Part shown: in pieces, positions 7,956 to 17,047 of the stretch | Layout: the number at the start of each line of letters is the position of its first letter | Position numbering within the stretch: the first letter of the stretch is position 1 | Assembly: GCA_964541365.1 (NCBI GenBank) | Contig: CAZIPJ010000001.1 | Location: 1-57,294, forward strand | Length of the DNA: 57,294 nt | Direction: 5' to 3' | DNA from: an uncultured Lachnospiraceae bacterium | GTDB taxonomy: Bacteria > Bacillota > Clostridia > Christensenellales > UBA1242 | Notes under the pieces: generated by a model | What the model was told of the DNA's origin: nothing | Seen by the model: only the letters and a program-made list of their open reading frames with translations | Databases searched by the model: none | Position numbers and translations under genes: made by a program

Positions 7956-8402
7956 TTAAATTTTCATTTCATCATAAGCGATTTGCTTAATTGACTTATT
8001 TATAAAATCCACAATCGTAATTGTTTTTTCCCAAATCGTGCACTCTGTTAAATTAATTTCAATCAGAACTTCACTTGGCAAATTTGTATATTGCTTATAA
8101 CTTTTTAAGTGCTTTGCTTTAAACTTCTCCACAAATAATTCATTATCTTTTGGTGAACCAAGAATTTTAGCTTTCCCTGTGAAATTAAACGCTCCACAAT
8201 TTATTGCAACATTCTCATTCTTTTGAATTTGTTCAACTTTGTGAAAAGTTTTGTCAGTTTGCATATACACTTTAAGTCCGTCATTTACCAAACACATCAA
8301 TCTTGTATTGATAGTTCCATTACTGATTGTCGCAAGCGTTGCAAATTCAGTCTTTTCCAAAACGTTTTCTATTTGTTTTATATAATCCGCATATTGCTTC
8401 AT
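7956..8402 (-). CDS. Pyridoxamine 5'-phosphate oxidase-family (FMN-binding split-barrel) protein
   Basis: ATLATISNGTINTRLMCLVNDGLKVYMQTDKTFHKVEQIQKNENVAI fits the PNPOx-like pattern. TAATG stop/start overlap with the upstream ORF. Confidence 0.6.
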   Translation of the reverse strand: MKQYADYIKQIENVLEKTEFATLATISNGTINTRLMCLVNDGLKVYMQTDKTFHKVEQIQKNENVAINCGAFNFTGKAKILGSPKDNELFVEKFKAKHLKSYKQYTNLPSEVLIEINLTECTIWEKTITIVDFINKSIKQIAYDEMKI

Positions 8403-8719
8403 TAGTCTTCTACCTCAACACCTTTAAAAAAGTTTTGTACTTTTTTGATGTCCTTGTTTATTTTTTGCTCCGAGCTTTCAAACTTAACAACTTCAAATTT
8501 AAGTTCCAGCCCCTGCCATCTGATAGCAGTTTCGATTTCTCGTCTGCCGTTTTCCAAGATGTCAATAAGAAAATCATCACTTGACCTGATTACCAATTTC
8601 CCATCTTCAATCTTTGCATTTGTAATGTCCCCGCACGCAACGTGAAGTGCAACTTTCTTATGTTCTTTTAAGTAAAGTACAACTTTTCCCCAGACATTGT
8701 TTGCAGTAAGCTTTGTCAA
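8402..8719 (-). CDS. dnaX: DNA polymerase III tau C-terminal domain, separated from the dnaX body by a -1 frame change
   Basis: NVWGKVVLYLKEHKKVALHVACGDITNAKIEDGKLVIRSSDDFLIDILENGRREIETAIRWQGLELKFEV follows the conserved W..vl..lk...l......l.i....f......ie..i.....l.f pattern of Firmicutes DnaX C-termini. It has only a TTG start and no SD of its own. Confidence 0.8.
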   Translation of the reverse strand: MTKLTANNVWGKVVLYLKEHKKVALHVACGDITNAKIEDGKLVIRSSDDFLIDILENGRREIETAIRWQGLELKFEVVKFESSEQKINKDIKKVQNFFKGVEVED

Positions 8720-8733
8720 GTCTTTCTCAATTT

Positions 8734-9837
8734 TCAGTTTTTTTTTGCATCAAAGCCAAGCATAGCGGCAAGGCAAGTTGTTTCCAAAAGCAATCTGACT
8801 GAAAGTGTGTACCTAAGTTCGCTCTCAGCACCAGAGAACACTTGCATATACTTGATTAAATCTTTTTCTTCAAACTTTTCCGCTTGCCCTTGATACATCG
8901 CAAAAACATCGTCCGTAAGATTTAAGATTTCATTTGCAGTTTTGCAAGACTTGCAAACAAGCAAATTTCTTGCGTGTTTTGACAAATCCTTTGAAAAGAC
9001 AGCCAAGTTTTTGCCTTCCTTTTCAATTTGGTCGAGCATTGAAAGGACTCCGCCAACATCTTTTTCTTTTATATGCTCAAAGAAATTGATAATAAGCTCG
9101 TGGTCTGTCGTTCCAAGAACAGACAGCGTCTTTTCTTTTGTGATGTCGCCTTGGCAATATGAAGCGATTGAATCTGCAATTGAGAGTGTGTCTCTGACGC
9201 TGCCTTCGCCCGCACTTGCAATAATCTTCAAACTCTCTTCATCATACTTTATGTTTTCTTTGTCAAAAACTTTCGCTAAGCATTTCATCAAGTTTTCTGT
9301 TGAAACAAGCCTGAAATCAAATCTGACACATCTTGACAAAATCGTCTGTGGCAATTTGTGGACTTCGGTTGTCGCCAAAATGAAAATCACATATGATGGT
9401 GGTTCTTCCAAAGTTTTAAGTAGTGCATTGAACGCACTGTCAGAAAGCATATGCACTTCATCGATGATGTAAACTTTATATTTCGCACCGACAGGTGTAA
9501 ATTTAACTTTATCTCTGATTTCTCTGATGTCGTCGACTTTGTTGTTTGACGCAGCATCAATTTCAATTATGTTTATGTCGTTTTCTTGTTCAAGTCGCTT
9601 ACAGTTTTCGCAAGTCCCGCAAGCAGAACCACCGACTGGACTTAAACAGTTGACAGCCCTTGCAAGAATTTTTGCAACACTTGTCTTTCCTGTCCCACGA
9701 GAGCCCGTAAAAAGATAGGCGTGTCCAATTTGGTCACTGCTGATTTGGTTTTGAAGAGTTTTTGTGATGTGGTCTTGTCCAATCACTTCTTCAAAACTTT
9801 TTGGTCTATACTTTCTGTAAAGTGCAACGTGGTTCAT
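8734..9837 (-). CDS. dnaX: DNA polymerase III subunit gamma/tau, domains I-III (367 aa in the zero frame)
   Basis: ALYRKYRPKSFEEVIGQDHI...GSRGTGKTS (Walker A), zinc module CGTCENC, IIDEVHMLS, SRC motif (LSRCVRFDF). Confidence 0.95.
   Translation of the reverse strand: MNHVALYRKYRPKSFEEVIGQDHITKTLQNQISSDQIGHAYLFTGSRGTGKTSVAKILARAVNCLSPVGGSACGTCENCKRLEQENDINIIEIDAASNNKVDDIREIRDKVKFTPVGAKYKVYIIDEVHMLSDSAFNALLKTLEEPPSYVIFILATTEVHKLPQTILSRCVRFDFRLVSTENLMKCLAKVFDKENIKYDEESLKIIASAGEGSVRDTLSIADSIASYCQGDITKEKTLSVLGTTDHELIINFFEHIKEKDVGGVLSMLDQIEKEGKNLAVFSKDLSKHARNLLVCKSCKTANEILNLTDDVFAMYQGQAEKFEEKDLIKYMQVFSGAESELRYTLSVRLLLETTCLAAMLGFDAKKN
8738..8746 (-). other. A9 slippery tract at the dnaX gamma/tau junction
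   Basis: mRNA sense GAT GCA AAA AAA AAC TGA. The -1 frame has a TGA 2 codons upstream of the run (8752-8750) and the 0 frame a TGA right after it (8736-8734), so the frames can only be joined within the A9 run. Confidence 0.85.
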
Positions 9838-9849
9838 TCTTTCTCCGTT

Positions 9850-10599
9850 TTAATAATTTTCTTTTGCAATAATTGCAAAACTGTCAACATCCAAACACCC
9901 TGTTCCAACCAAAACTCCGTTCAAAAATTCAAGTGAAAGCAGTTTTTTATAGTTGTTGAGTGTCACACCGCCACCATAGACGATTGTAATTTTTTGCCCA
10001 GCCTTCTCTGAGTAAAGGTCAGTAATTTCTTTTCTTATTGTCTCAGTCATTTTCTGAATATCTTTCGCAGTGACATTCTTTCCAGGTGTGATTGCCCAAA
10101 TAGGCTCGTATGCAATGACAACGCTTTCAAGTTCGTTTTCATAAATTCCTTTAAGGTCATCATCAAGTTGTTTTCTTACAAAGCCGATTGCGCCTTTGTT
10201 TGCCCTAACTTGCATACTTTCGCCGACGCAAAGCACGACTTTAAGCCCATTTGCAAGAGCAGTTTTAATTTTTTTGTTGACAAGCTTGTCACTTTCCTTA
10301 AACTTTGCTCGTCTTTCTGAGTGACCGATTATAACATACTCTGCACCCAAATCCTTAATCATCTTTGCACTGATTTCGCCAGTGAAAGCACCGTTTTCTT
10401 CGTCTGAGATGTTTTGAGCGCCAAACTCAACCTTGCTTGCTGAGAAAATTTCTTTCGCAGCTGAAAGATGAGTGAAAGGTGGACAAACAACAACAGTGTT
10501 TCTCGTTCCCTTTGCTTTTGTTGCAAGCGCCATTGCATATGATTTAAACTCACTCACAGTGGTGTTCATCTTAAAGTTTCCGATAATCAACTTTTTCAT
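9850..10599 (-). CDS. tpiA: Triosephosphate isomerase
   Basis: GNFKMN, IIGHSERR, AYEPIWAI, YGGGV motifs. Confidence 0.95.
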   Translation of the reverse strand: MKKLIIGNFKMNTTVSEFKSYAMALATKAKGTRNTVVVCPPFTHLSAAKEIFSASKVEFGAQNISDEENGAFTGEISAKMIKDLGAEYVIIGHSERRAKFKESDKLVNKKIKTALANGLKVVLCVGESMQVRANKGAIGFVRKQLDDDLKGIYENELESVVIAYEPIWAITPGKNVTAKDIQKMTETIRKEITDLYSEKAGQKITIVYGGGVTLNNYKKLLSLEFLNGVLVGTGCLDVDSFAIIAKENY

Positions 10600-10617
10600 A
10601 ATTCCCCCACAAAATTT

Positions 10618-11790
10618 TTATTTATTGGCAATAACTTCAAGTGCAGGCAAAGGTTTGCCTTCCATAAGCTTCAAACTTGCACCGCCACCAGTAGACAAGT
10701 GTCCGATTCTGTCCGCAAATCCACAAGTTTTGATTGCACTGACGCTATCTCCGCCGCCAACGATTGAATAAGCATCTGCTTTTGCAACCGCTTTTGCAAT
10801 TTTGGTTGTACCTTTTTTGAATCTGCCATCTTCATATTTGCCGACAGGTCCGTTCCAGATAATTTGTCTTGCGTTTGCAATTTCTTTTGTAAAGAGTTTT
10901 ATTGTTTCATTTCCAATGTCAAGCCCAATCATTTCGCCATCAAGAGTCTTCGTCTTAATTACTTTATCTTTGCTCTTGATTAAAGCAAGGTGGTCGACTG
11001 GAAGCAAAATCTTGATTCCTTTTGCCTTGGCAGTCTCCAAAATTTCTTGTGCGTCATCAACTTTGTCAAGAGACACGATTGACTTTCCCACCTTTCTTCC
11101 CTGCGCTTGAAGGAAGGTGTAAGCCATTCCACCGCCAATGATGATTGTGTCTGCTTTATCCATCACATTGTGAATAAGGCTAATCTTGTCATCAACCTTT
11201 GCCCCACCAAAGATGGCAACAAAAGGATGTTTTGGAGATTTTAAAGCTTCTTCAAAAATATTTATCTCCTTTTCAATCAAGAAACCAATTGCGTTTGGGA
11301 GTTTGACTGAAAGTCCATAAGTTGATGCGTGTTTTCTGTGGCAAACGCCAAATGCATCATTAACATATATGTCTGCAAGCTTAGAAAGTTCCTGCACAAC
11401 CTTTGGAGAATTTGCTTCTTCTCCTTCAAGAAATCTGACATTTTCAAGAAGCAAAATTTCACCATCTTTAAGTTTTTCAACTTCTCTTTGTGCATCAGGT
11501 CCAGCTGGTGCTCTTGAAAATTTAACCTTATTTGGAAAAACTTTCATCAAATAAACTGCGACAGGAAACAGGGAAAGATATTTATCATAACTGCATTTTG
11601 GTCTGCCAAGGTGAGAGCACAAAATCACTCTTGCTCCCTTGTCAGCCAAATACTTGATTGTTGGCACTTCGGCAGAGATTCTTGTGTCGTCCAAGATGTC
11701 ACCGTAATTGTCAAGTGGCACATTGAAATCACAACGCAAGAATACGCGTTTTCCTTTTATATCCTTTAAGTCCCTAATCGTCTTTTTCAT
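10618..11790 (-). CDS. pgk: Phosphoglycerate kinase
   Basis: 390 aa; RCDFNVPL, ILCSHLGRP, GGGDS...STGGGASL motifs; pgk-tpiA synteny. Confidence 0.96.
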   Translation of the reverse strand: MKKTIRDLKDIKGKRVFLRCDFNVPLDNYGDILDDTRISAEVPTIKYLADKGARVILCSHLGRPKCSYDKYLSLFPVAVYLMKVFPNKVKFSRAPAGPDAQREVEKLKDGEILLLENVRFLEGEEANSPKVVQELSKLADIYVNDAFGVCHRKHASTYGLSVKLPNAIGFLIEKEINIFEEALKSPKHPFVAIFGGAKVDDKISLIHNVMDKADTIIIGGGMAYTFLQAQGRKVGKSIVSLDKVDDAQEILETAKAKGIKILLPVDHLALIKSKDKVIKTKTLDGEMIGLDIGNETIKLFTKEIANARQIIWNGPVGKYEDGRFKKGTTKIAKAVAKADAYSIVGGGDSVSAIKTCGFADRIGHLSTGGGASLKLMEGKPLPALEVIANK

Positions 11791-11858
11791 TTTCGCAATC
11801 CTTTATCATAGTTTACAACATTTGCTTTGATATTTCAAAACATTTTAAGGAAAATGTT

Positions 11859-12791
11859 TTACTCCCCAGCCATAAACACATCTTTCAAAATACAAAGGCA
11901 CTGGTCGATGTCATCACAAGTGGCAAGTTTCAGTCTTACGCTTGCTGACATTGGCATATCTGATGCATACCACAAAAGGTGTTTTCTTATATAGAGTTTG
12001 AGCCAGTTTTCATCAAAATGTTCTCGAAGAATTGCAATATGCTTCTTGACAACTTCAAATTTGTCAACTTTTTCCGTATTTCCTTTAAGCTCTGCAAAAA
12101 GCCAAGGTCTGCCCATTGCACCGCGTCCAAGCATAACCCCGTCAACGCCGGTCTCTTTCATTTTTGAAAAACTATCCAAATCCACAACATCACCGTTGCC
12201 AATGACTGGAATAGAAAGTTTTGCCTTGACAGTTGCAATCGCTTCATAGTCAGCCTTTCCAGAATAGCCTTGCGCGACCGTCCTTGCGTGGAAAGTGACA
12301 AAGTCTGCACCGCTGTCTTGACACATTCTTGCAAACTCCAAAAAGTTTTCTGTGCTTTTGCCTTTCCTAAACTTAACGGAAACTGGTCTGTCCGTTGCAT
12401 TTTTAACTGCGGTAATGAGCTTGCTTGCAAGCGGAAGATTGTCCATAAGCGCTGAGCCTTCGCCGTTTTTGACAATTTTTGGTGCAGGACAACCCATATT
12501 TATATCAAATGAATCAAATTTTTCAAGCAATGGATTTTGAACAGCGCGCTTCAAAAATTCTTCTTCAAAACCAAAAATTTGAGCAATTTTGATTTTTTCT
12601 GCATCCGTTGTCAAGGTCATAAATTCTGTCTTTTTTGGATTGTGCTCCATTGCCCGTGCAGAGAGCATCTCCGTCACTGTTGCATCTGCGCCAAAAGAAG
12701 ATGCAAGGTTTCTAAACCCCACATCCGTCACCCCAGCCATAGGTGCAAGAATAAGCGGTTCTTCTGAAAAATCAAGTTGTCCTATTTTCAT
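11859..12791 (-). CDS. dus: tRNA-dihydrouridine synthase
   Basis: LAPMAGVTDVGFR, NMGCP...KNGEGSALM, HARTVAQGYSGKADY motifs. Confidence 0.9.
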   Translation of the reverse strand: MKIGQLDFSEEPLILAPMAGVTDVGFRNLASSFGADATVTEMLSARAMEHNPKKTEFMTLTTDAEKIKIAQIFGFEEEFLKRAVQNPLLEKFDSFDINMGCPAPKIVKNGEGSALMDNLPLASKLITAVKNATDRPVSVKFRKGKSTENFLEFARMCQDSGADFVTFHARTVAQGYSGKADYEAIATVKAKLSIPVIGNGDVVDLDSFSKMKETGVDGVMLGRGAMGRPWLFAELKGNTEKVDKFEVVKKHIAILREHFDENWLKLYIRKHLLWYASDMPMSASVRLKLATCDDIDQCLCILKDVFMAGE

Positions 12792-12887
12792 ACTGTTATC
12801 TTAGCACAAAATCAAGAAGAAAACAAAAGAAAAAGCAAGTTGTTTCAAACTCGCTTAATTCAACAAAAAATTCCACGTGTCAAGCAT

Positions 12888-13160
12888 TTAATTGATGCCA
12901 TACTTGAAATTATCAAACCCCTTAAAACCAACCACTTTCTTAGGTTTGCAGAAATAGTATCTCTTTGTCTGTGGATTAAGGAATTTTCTTGCCTTCTTCT
13001 CTTGTAAAGAGAATTTACCAAAATTTCTTATGCTGACTTCTTCACCTTTTGAGCAAATTTCCAAGATTGCAGTTCTCATTTCATCAATGACAGAAATACA
13101 CTTACTCTTTGACAAATTTGTTCTTTTTGACAATACTTCAACAAATTGAGCTTTATTCAT
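12888..13160 (-). CDS. hup: HU/IHF-family DNA-binding protein
   Basis: MNKAQFVEVLSKRTNLSKSKCISVIDEM...IRNFGKFSLQEKKARKFLNPQTK; start set at ATG 13160, 7 nt after the GGGGG SD. Confidence 0.85.
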   Translation of the reverse strand: MNKAQFVEVLSKRTNLSKSKCISVIDEMRTAILEICSKGEEVSIRNFGKFSLQEKKARKFLNPQTKRYYFCKPKKVVGFKGFDNFKYGIN

Positions 13161-13200
13161 AATCATACCCCCAAAAGAAATATTGCACAAAAACAAACTC

Positions 13201-14730
13201 TTAAACCACTTTTTTCTTCTTTTTTAAAATTGAGTACACAACCGGTGCACAGAAAACTGAATAAATAAGCACGCCAAGCACAATGGCAATCAAAATATTT
13301 ATCACTGTGTTGAAATAATCTTTTTGAATAAATGTGTAAACCGCAACGGCCATAACAGCACTTCCAAGAAGCATCAAAACAAGTTCAAGGAAGTTAAGTT
13401 GAATTTTGAAGACACCTTTAAGCTTTATAAGTGCCGCCACTGCAATAAACGCTGACATAAGAATATTTCCAAACACCAAAGCAAAGACATTGACTTGTGG
13501 CACTCCTGCAAGAATTACTGTGGCAAGTCCCTTGACCATTCCACCAATGGCAGTAATCACAACAATAAACTTGAAATTTCCGTTTGCCTGCAACAACATA
13601 ATAAAGTATTGCATCAGAGCAGTGAAAACGATTGAAAACGCACCAAAAAGCATAAGCTCAAACACAACTTCAAGCATCTGCCCAGACAAATCTGTGTAAA
13701 CAAATGGAAGCGCTTGCTTTGAAATTGCCACCAGTCCAAAGGTCGTAGGAAGCACCAACAAGAGCAAGAGCTTAATGCCCTTTTCCACAATATGTTTACT
13801 TTTGACACGTTTTGAAATCAGGTATGAGATGTTTGGCAAAAGAGTTGTTGCCACAGCCACTGAAATAATGAGTGGAAAATTTAAAAAAGCACCCGCAATT
13901 CCACTTTGAAGTCCAAACAGCTTTGTGGAAAGCCCACTTGAAAACCCCGCATCCACAAGTCTAGGGACAATCACAATCCCGTCAAAAGCGTTGACAAGTG
14001 GCAGAATACTTGCTGAAAGGGTCAAGAGAAAATTGACTTTGTCAAACTCGTGGTAAGCAAATTTAATACTTCTCAAATCTTGAAGTTTTGAAGTTTCGCC
14101 TTTTTTAAATAAAAAGAAAACATACAAAAAGATTATTGACACCACTTCACTAATGACAATGCCCAAAAACGCACCAAAAACACCACTGTTTATGCCGTGC
14201 TTTCCAAAATAAAACGCAAACAAAAGTCCAAATCCAAACTTAGCAACTTGTTCCAAAATCTGACTTATTGCAGTCGGAAACATATTCTCATATCCCTGAA
14301 AGAAGCCCCTGAAAACTGCAAGAATTGCCCCCAACGGCAAGAGTGCAACAAAAAGATAATAACCACTTCCAGATGTTATTCTTTGAAAGGAAGCAATGTA
14401 TTTGCCACAAAAGAAGAAAACGACACCAATCCCAAGTCCCACAAGCACAGAAATAAGCATCGCTCTTTTTAGATAGGTGGAGATTTTGGCTTGTTCTCCC
14501 CTTGCCCTTGCAGAGCTTATCAGTTTTGAAAGGCTGGATGTTACACCACCACAAGTAAGCACCAAAGTAAAGGAATACAGAGACATAATAAGCTGGAATA
14601 CACCAATCCCTTCGATTCCCAAAAGGTTTGTCAGTGGAAGCCTGAAAAATGCCCCAAGACACTTGCAAATCAGTCCACCAAGCACCAGAACCATTGCACT
14701 TACACCCAGCCTACGCTTCTTTTCTTCCAT
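13201..14730 (-). CDS. MOP-superfamily polysaccharide / lipid II flippase (MurJ/SpoVB-like), about 14 TM segments
   Basis: LICKCLGAFFRLPLTNLLGIEGIGVFQLIMSLYSF plus a polytopic profile typical of SpoVB/MurJ-type proteins; start set at MEEKKRR (ATG 14730). Confidence 0.8.
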   Translation of the reverse strand: MEEKKRRLGVSAMVLVLGGLICKCLGAFFRLPLTNLLGIEGIGVFQLIMSLYSFTLVLTCGGVTSSLSKLISSARARGEQAKISTYLKRAMLISVLVGLGIGVVFFFCGKYIASFQRITSGSGYYLFVALLPLGAILAVFRGFFQGYENMFPTAISQILEQVAKFGFGLLFAFYFGKHGINSGVFGAFLGIVISEVVSIIFLYVFFLFKKGETSKLQDLRSIKFAYHEFDKVNFLLTLSASILPLVNAFDGIVIVPRLVDAGFSSGLSTKLFGLQSGIAGAFLNFPLIISVAVATTLLPNISYLISKRVKSKHIVEKGIKLLLLLVLPTTFGLVAISKQALPFVYTDLSGQMLEVVFELMLFGAFSIVFTALMQYFIMLLQANGNFKFIVVITAIGGMVKGLATVILAGVPQVNVFALVFGNILMSAFIAVAALIKLKGVFKIQLNFLELVLMLLGSAVMAVAVYTFIQKDYFNTVINILIAIVLGVLIYSVFCAPVVYSILKKKKKVV

Positions 14731-14826
14731 AACCACCCCACAAAAACCCAATAATATGAAATAGAGTGCCGCAAACAAAGCGCAAATATGCAAGCAAAAT
14801 TTTTTTAAAAAGGGTATTTACAAATG

Positions 14827-14855
14827 CAAAGTTTCGTGCTATAATAGTGCCAACT
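14827..14855 (+). promoter_or_regulatory. Promoter module copy 2 (TTTACA-17-TATAAT, TG-extended)
   Basis: TTTTTTAAAAAGGGTATTTACAAATGCAAAGTTTCGTGCTATAATAG, near-identical to the minus-strand module at 3284-3335. Confidence 0.55.
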
Positions 14856-14881
14856 AGACGACGAAAAGGAGAAGGACAATA

Positions 14882-15505
14882 ATGATTGGCGCTATAAAAT
14901 CAATACAATCAATTCTTGAAGAAAATGATTTGATAATTGGTTCCCGCAAAGAAGATTCCTCTTATATCAGTGAGCCAGCCGGTGGTGGGGACTCATATCC
15001 TTACAGAATTATACAAGATGGAACTGATGACTATTTTGTATATGACGAAACACTCAACTGGGATTTAAAAGCATTAACAAGTTATTTGTCTAATGTAAGA
15101 AATTATAAGAGCTTGGTAAACGAACTTGAAGCATATAAAGACTGTAAAAATAAAGCAACAAGAGATGAGGCTCAGACATCATTGGATGGCGAATGGAAAA
15201 CAATGATTGATCAACTTGCAACCGTCGTTCCATATGTAGTATGTGAAGGCGGGATTGCAGCAATTCCAAACTTGGACTATCTCAAAGAAGTAATGGCATC
15301 AAAGAGTCTTACTGATGCAAGAAGAAGTTTCTCTTCTATTATGAGGGCATGCATTACACACAACTACAAAGAAGCAGAGAGAATCAATGCAACTTTGGAT
15401 GGAAATAAGAAAATTAAATGTTCAGAAAAGTGGAGAGAAGTTACAAAAAGAATTATAGCCGATGAGAATAGAGAAAAAAATAATGGCGGAAAAAATGGTA
15501 TATAA
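14882..15505 (+). CDS. Hypothetical 207-aa cytoplasmic protein; C-terminus ...ENREKNNGGKNGI
   Basis: AAGGAGAAGG SD; own promoter and terminator; no signal peptide; no family recognised. Confidence 0.7.
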   Translation: MIGAIKSIQSILEENDLIIGSRKEDSSYISEPAGGGDSYPYRIIQDGTDDYFVYDETLNWDLKALTSYLSNVRNYKSLVNELEAYKDCKNKATRDEAQTSLDGEWKTMIDQLATVVPYVVCEGGIAAIPNLDYLKEVMASKSLTDARRSFSSIMRACITHNYKEAERINATLDGNKKIKCSEKWREVTKRIIADENREKNNGGKNGI

Positions 15506-15507
15506 AA

Positions 15508-15533
15508 AAGATGTGTCAACACATCTTTTTTTT
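15508..15533 (+). terminator. Intrinsic terminator
   Basis: AAGATGTG..CACATCTT stem followed by T8. Confidence 0.75.
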
Positions 15534-15587
15534 GAATTATATTTAAAATATTTTTAAACTTAAACTCTTAACCAATTAAGAGTTCTC

Positions 15588-16988
15588 TTAATTTCCAAGT
15601 TCTCTAATCTGTAACTCATCTGTTCCTAATTCATCACTTAATGATTCAGCAACCAGTGAATCTTCGGCCGATAAATCACCATATTCAGATGCACCTTCAT
15701 CCAATAATTCAGGTACCAAACCATCGTCTAACAATGATACCGAATCCAATTCATCTCTTGATATTGCAAGATTACCATTGTCCAATGATTCACGATTCAA
15801 TTTATTAGTATTTGCATTCGCCATCTCTTGCAATTCTCTACGGATGGCATCAGGGTCATAAGCTCTCTTTCTTTCTGTATGCTTTGGTGGTTCATTTTTC
15901 TGTTCAACTTCATTCCTTTTTGGTTGTGCGGCATTACCCACAGCTACTGTCGCAGTTGGATTTATTGATGGTGAAGGAGCAAATTTCTTCGCTTCTTCCA
16001 CTGACGTCAAAACTTGTGGGTTATAATTTTTGATTGCATAAACAAAAGGTTTGACTGAATCCCCTCCCTTTGATTTTGCTTTTTTCTTCTTTTTTTGCTC
16101 TTCCTTCTTTGCTGGTGCGGAAGCTGTTTTTTCTTCTTTGTTTTCCTTCGCTTCAACAAGCACAGGTGCAAGCTTTCCCCTTACACGGTCAATAGGTTCA
16201 GCATAGTTTTTCATAATCTCTGCGCCACCAGGCATACTGGCAATCACATCAAAACCGTTGTGCTTTGCAATCATCTTGTCAAGGAGCTGTTTCAGTCTTG
16301 TGTGGTCTTGTGCAAGCGATGGGTCCTTGCGTATAAGCTGTTCAACAAGCACACGATAGTCCCCTTGGATTTTAAGCCCAAGAGTTCCACACCCTTCCAA
16401 AAGTTTAAGAAGCCTGACAATGTAAAGCTGAGACAAAATTTCAATAAGTTCTTTATTAAAGTTGTATTCGCCGTCAAGGTCTCTCAAAGTTCTAAAAACT
16501 GCACTATCCTTATCAAGTGGAGTCTCTTGCAAATTGATGTTCCAAGTTTTGTAAACATTTTCTTTAAACCTTGGAGAATACATCTCAACAAAGTTTCCAA
16601 GCGATGTAAGATGTTTAATATCTTCGTCAGGAGTGTTTTCAATTTCAATTAAAAACATTTCTGCTGAGCAGTATGATTCTGAAATGTCAAGTTCAACTTT
16701 GAAATTAACATTCAGTCCCTTGTATTTTGTGTGTGCATAAACAACATTGTCAACTCTTTCTTGAAGTACCTTTGGCATTGAGACCAAGTCTTGCAAAAGT
16801 TTTTCATCTGTGAGAGAATATTTCCCGTCAGCAGAAAACTCTCCAAGAAGCAAGTTTGCTCTTTTTGCTTGATAAAGCGACACTTCTTGAAAATCTTTTT
16901 TAAGTTTTTCAACATTTGGATTTGGTTTTTCATTTGTTTCAGGCTTTGCAGCATCCAAATGTGAAATATTTTTTCTTTTCTTATCCAT
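15588..16988 (-). CDS. Hypothetical 466-aa protein: N-terminal globular part, Lys-rich linker, strongly acidic C-terminus
   Basis: Long ORF. Preferred start is ATG 16988 (MDKKRKN...), 6 nt downstream of a TATAAT box, with no SD. No family recognised. Confidence 0.7.
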   Translation of the reverse strand: MDKKRKNISHLDAAKPETNEKPNPNVEKLKKDFQEVSLYQAKRANLLLGEFSADGKYSLTDEKLLQDLVSMPKVLQERVDNVVYAHTKYKGLNVNFKVELDISESYCSAEMFLIEIENTPDEDIKHLTSLGNFVEMYSPRFKENVYKTWNINLQETPLDKDSAVFRTLRDLDGEYNFNKELIEILSQLYIVRLLKLLEGCGTLGLKIQGDYRVLVEQLIRKDPSLAQDHTRLKQLLDKMIAKHNGFDVIASMPGGAEIMKNYAEPIDRVRGKLAPVLVEAKENKEEKTASAPAKKEEQKKKKKAKSKGGDSVKPFVYAIKNYNPQVLTSVEEAKKFAPSPSINPTATVAVGNAAQPKRNEVEQKNEPPKHTERKRAYDPDAIRRELQEMANANTNKLNRESLDNGNLAISRDELDSVSLLDDGLVPELLDEGASEYGDLSAEDSLVAESLSDELGTDELQIRELGN

Positions 16989-16994
16989 AGCTGT

Positions 16995-17023
16995 ATTATA
17001 CAACACATCTGTCTCATTTGCAA
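16995..17023 (-). promoter_or_regulatory. TTGCAA-17-TATAAT promoter abutting the start codon (candidate leaderless mRNA)
   Basis: Minus strand TTGCAA (17023-17018), 17 nt, TATAAT (17000-16995), ACAGCT, ATG (16988). Confidence 0.4.
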
Positions 17024-17047
17024 CATATTTTTAAAAATACAAAAGTC

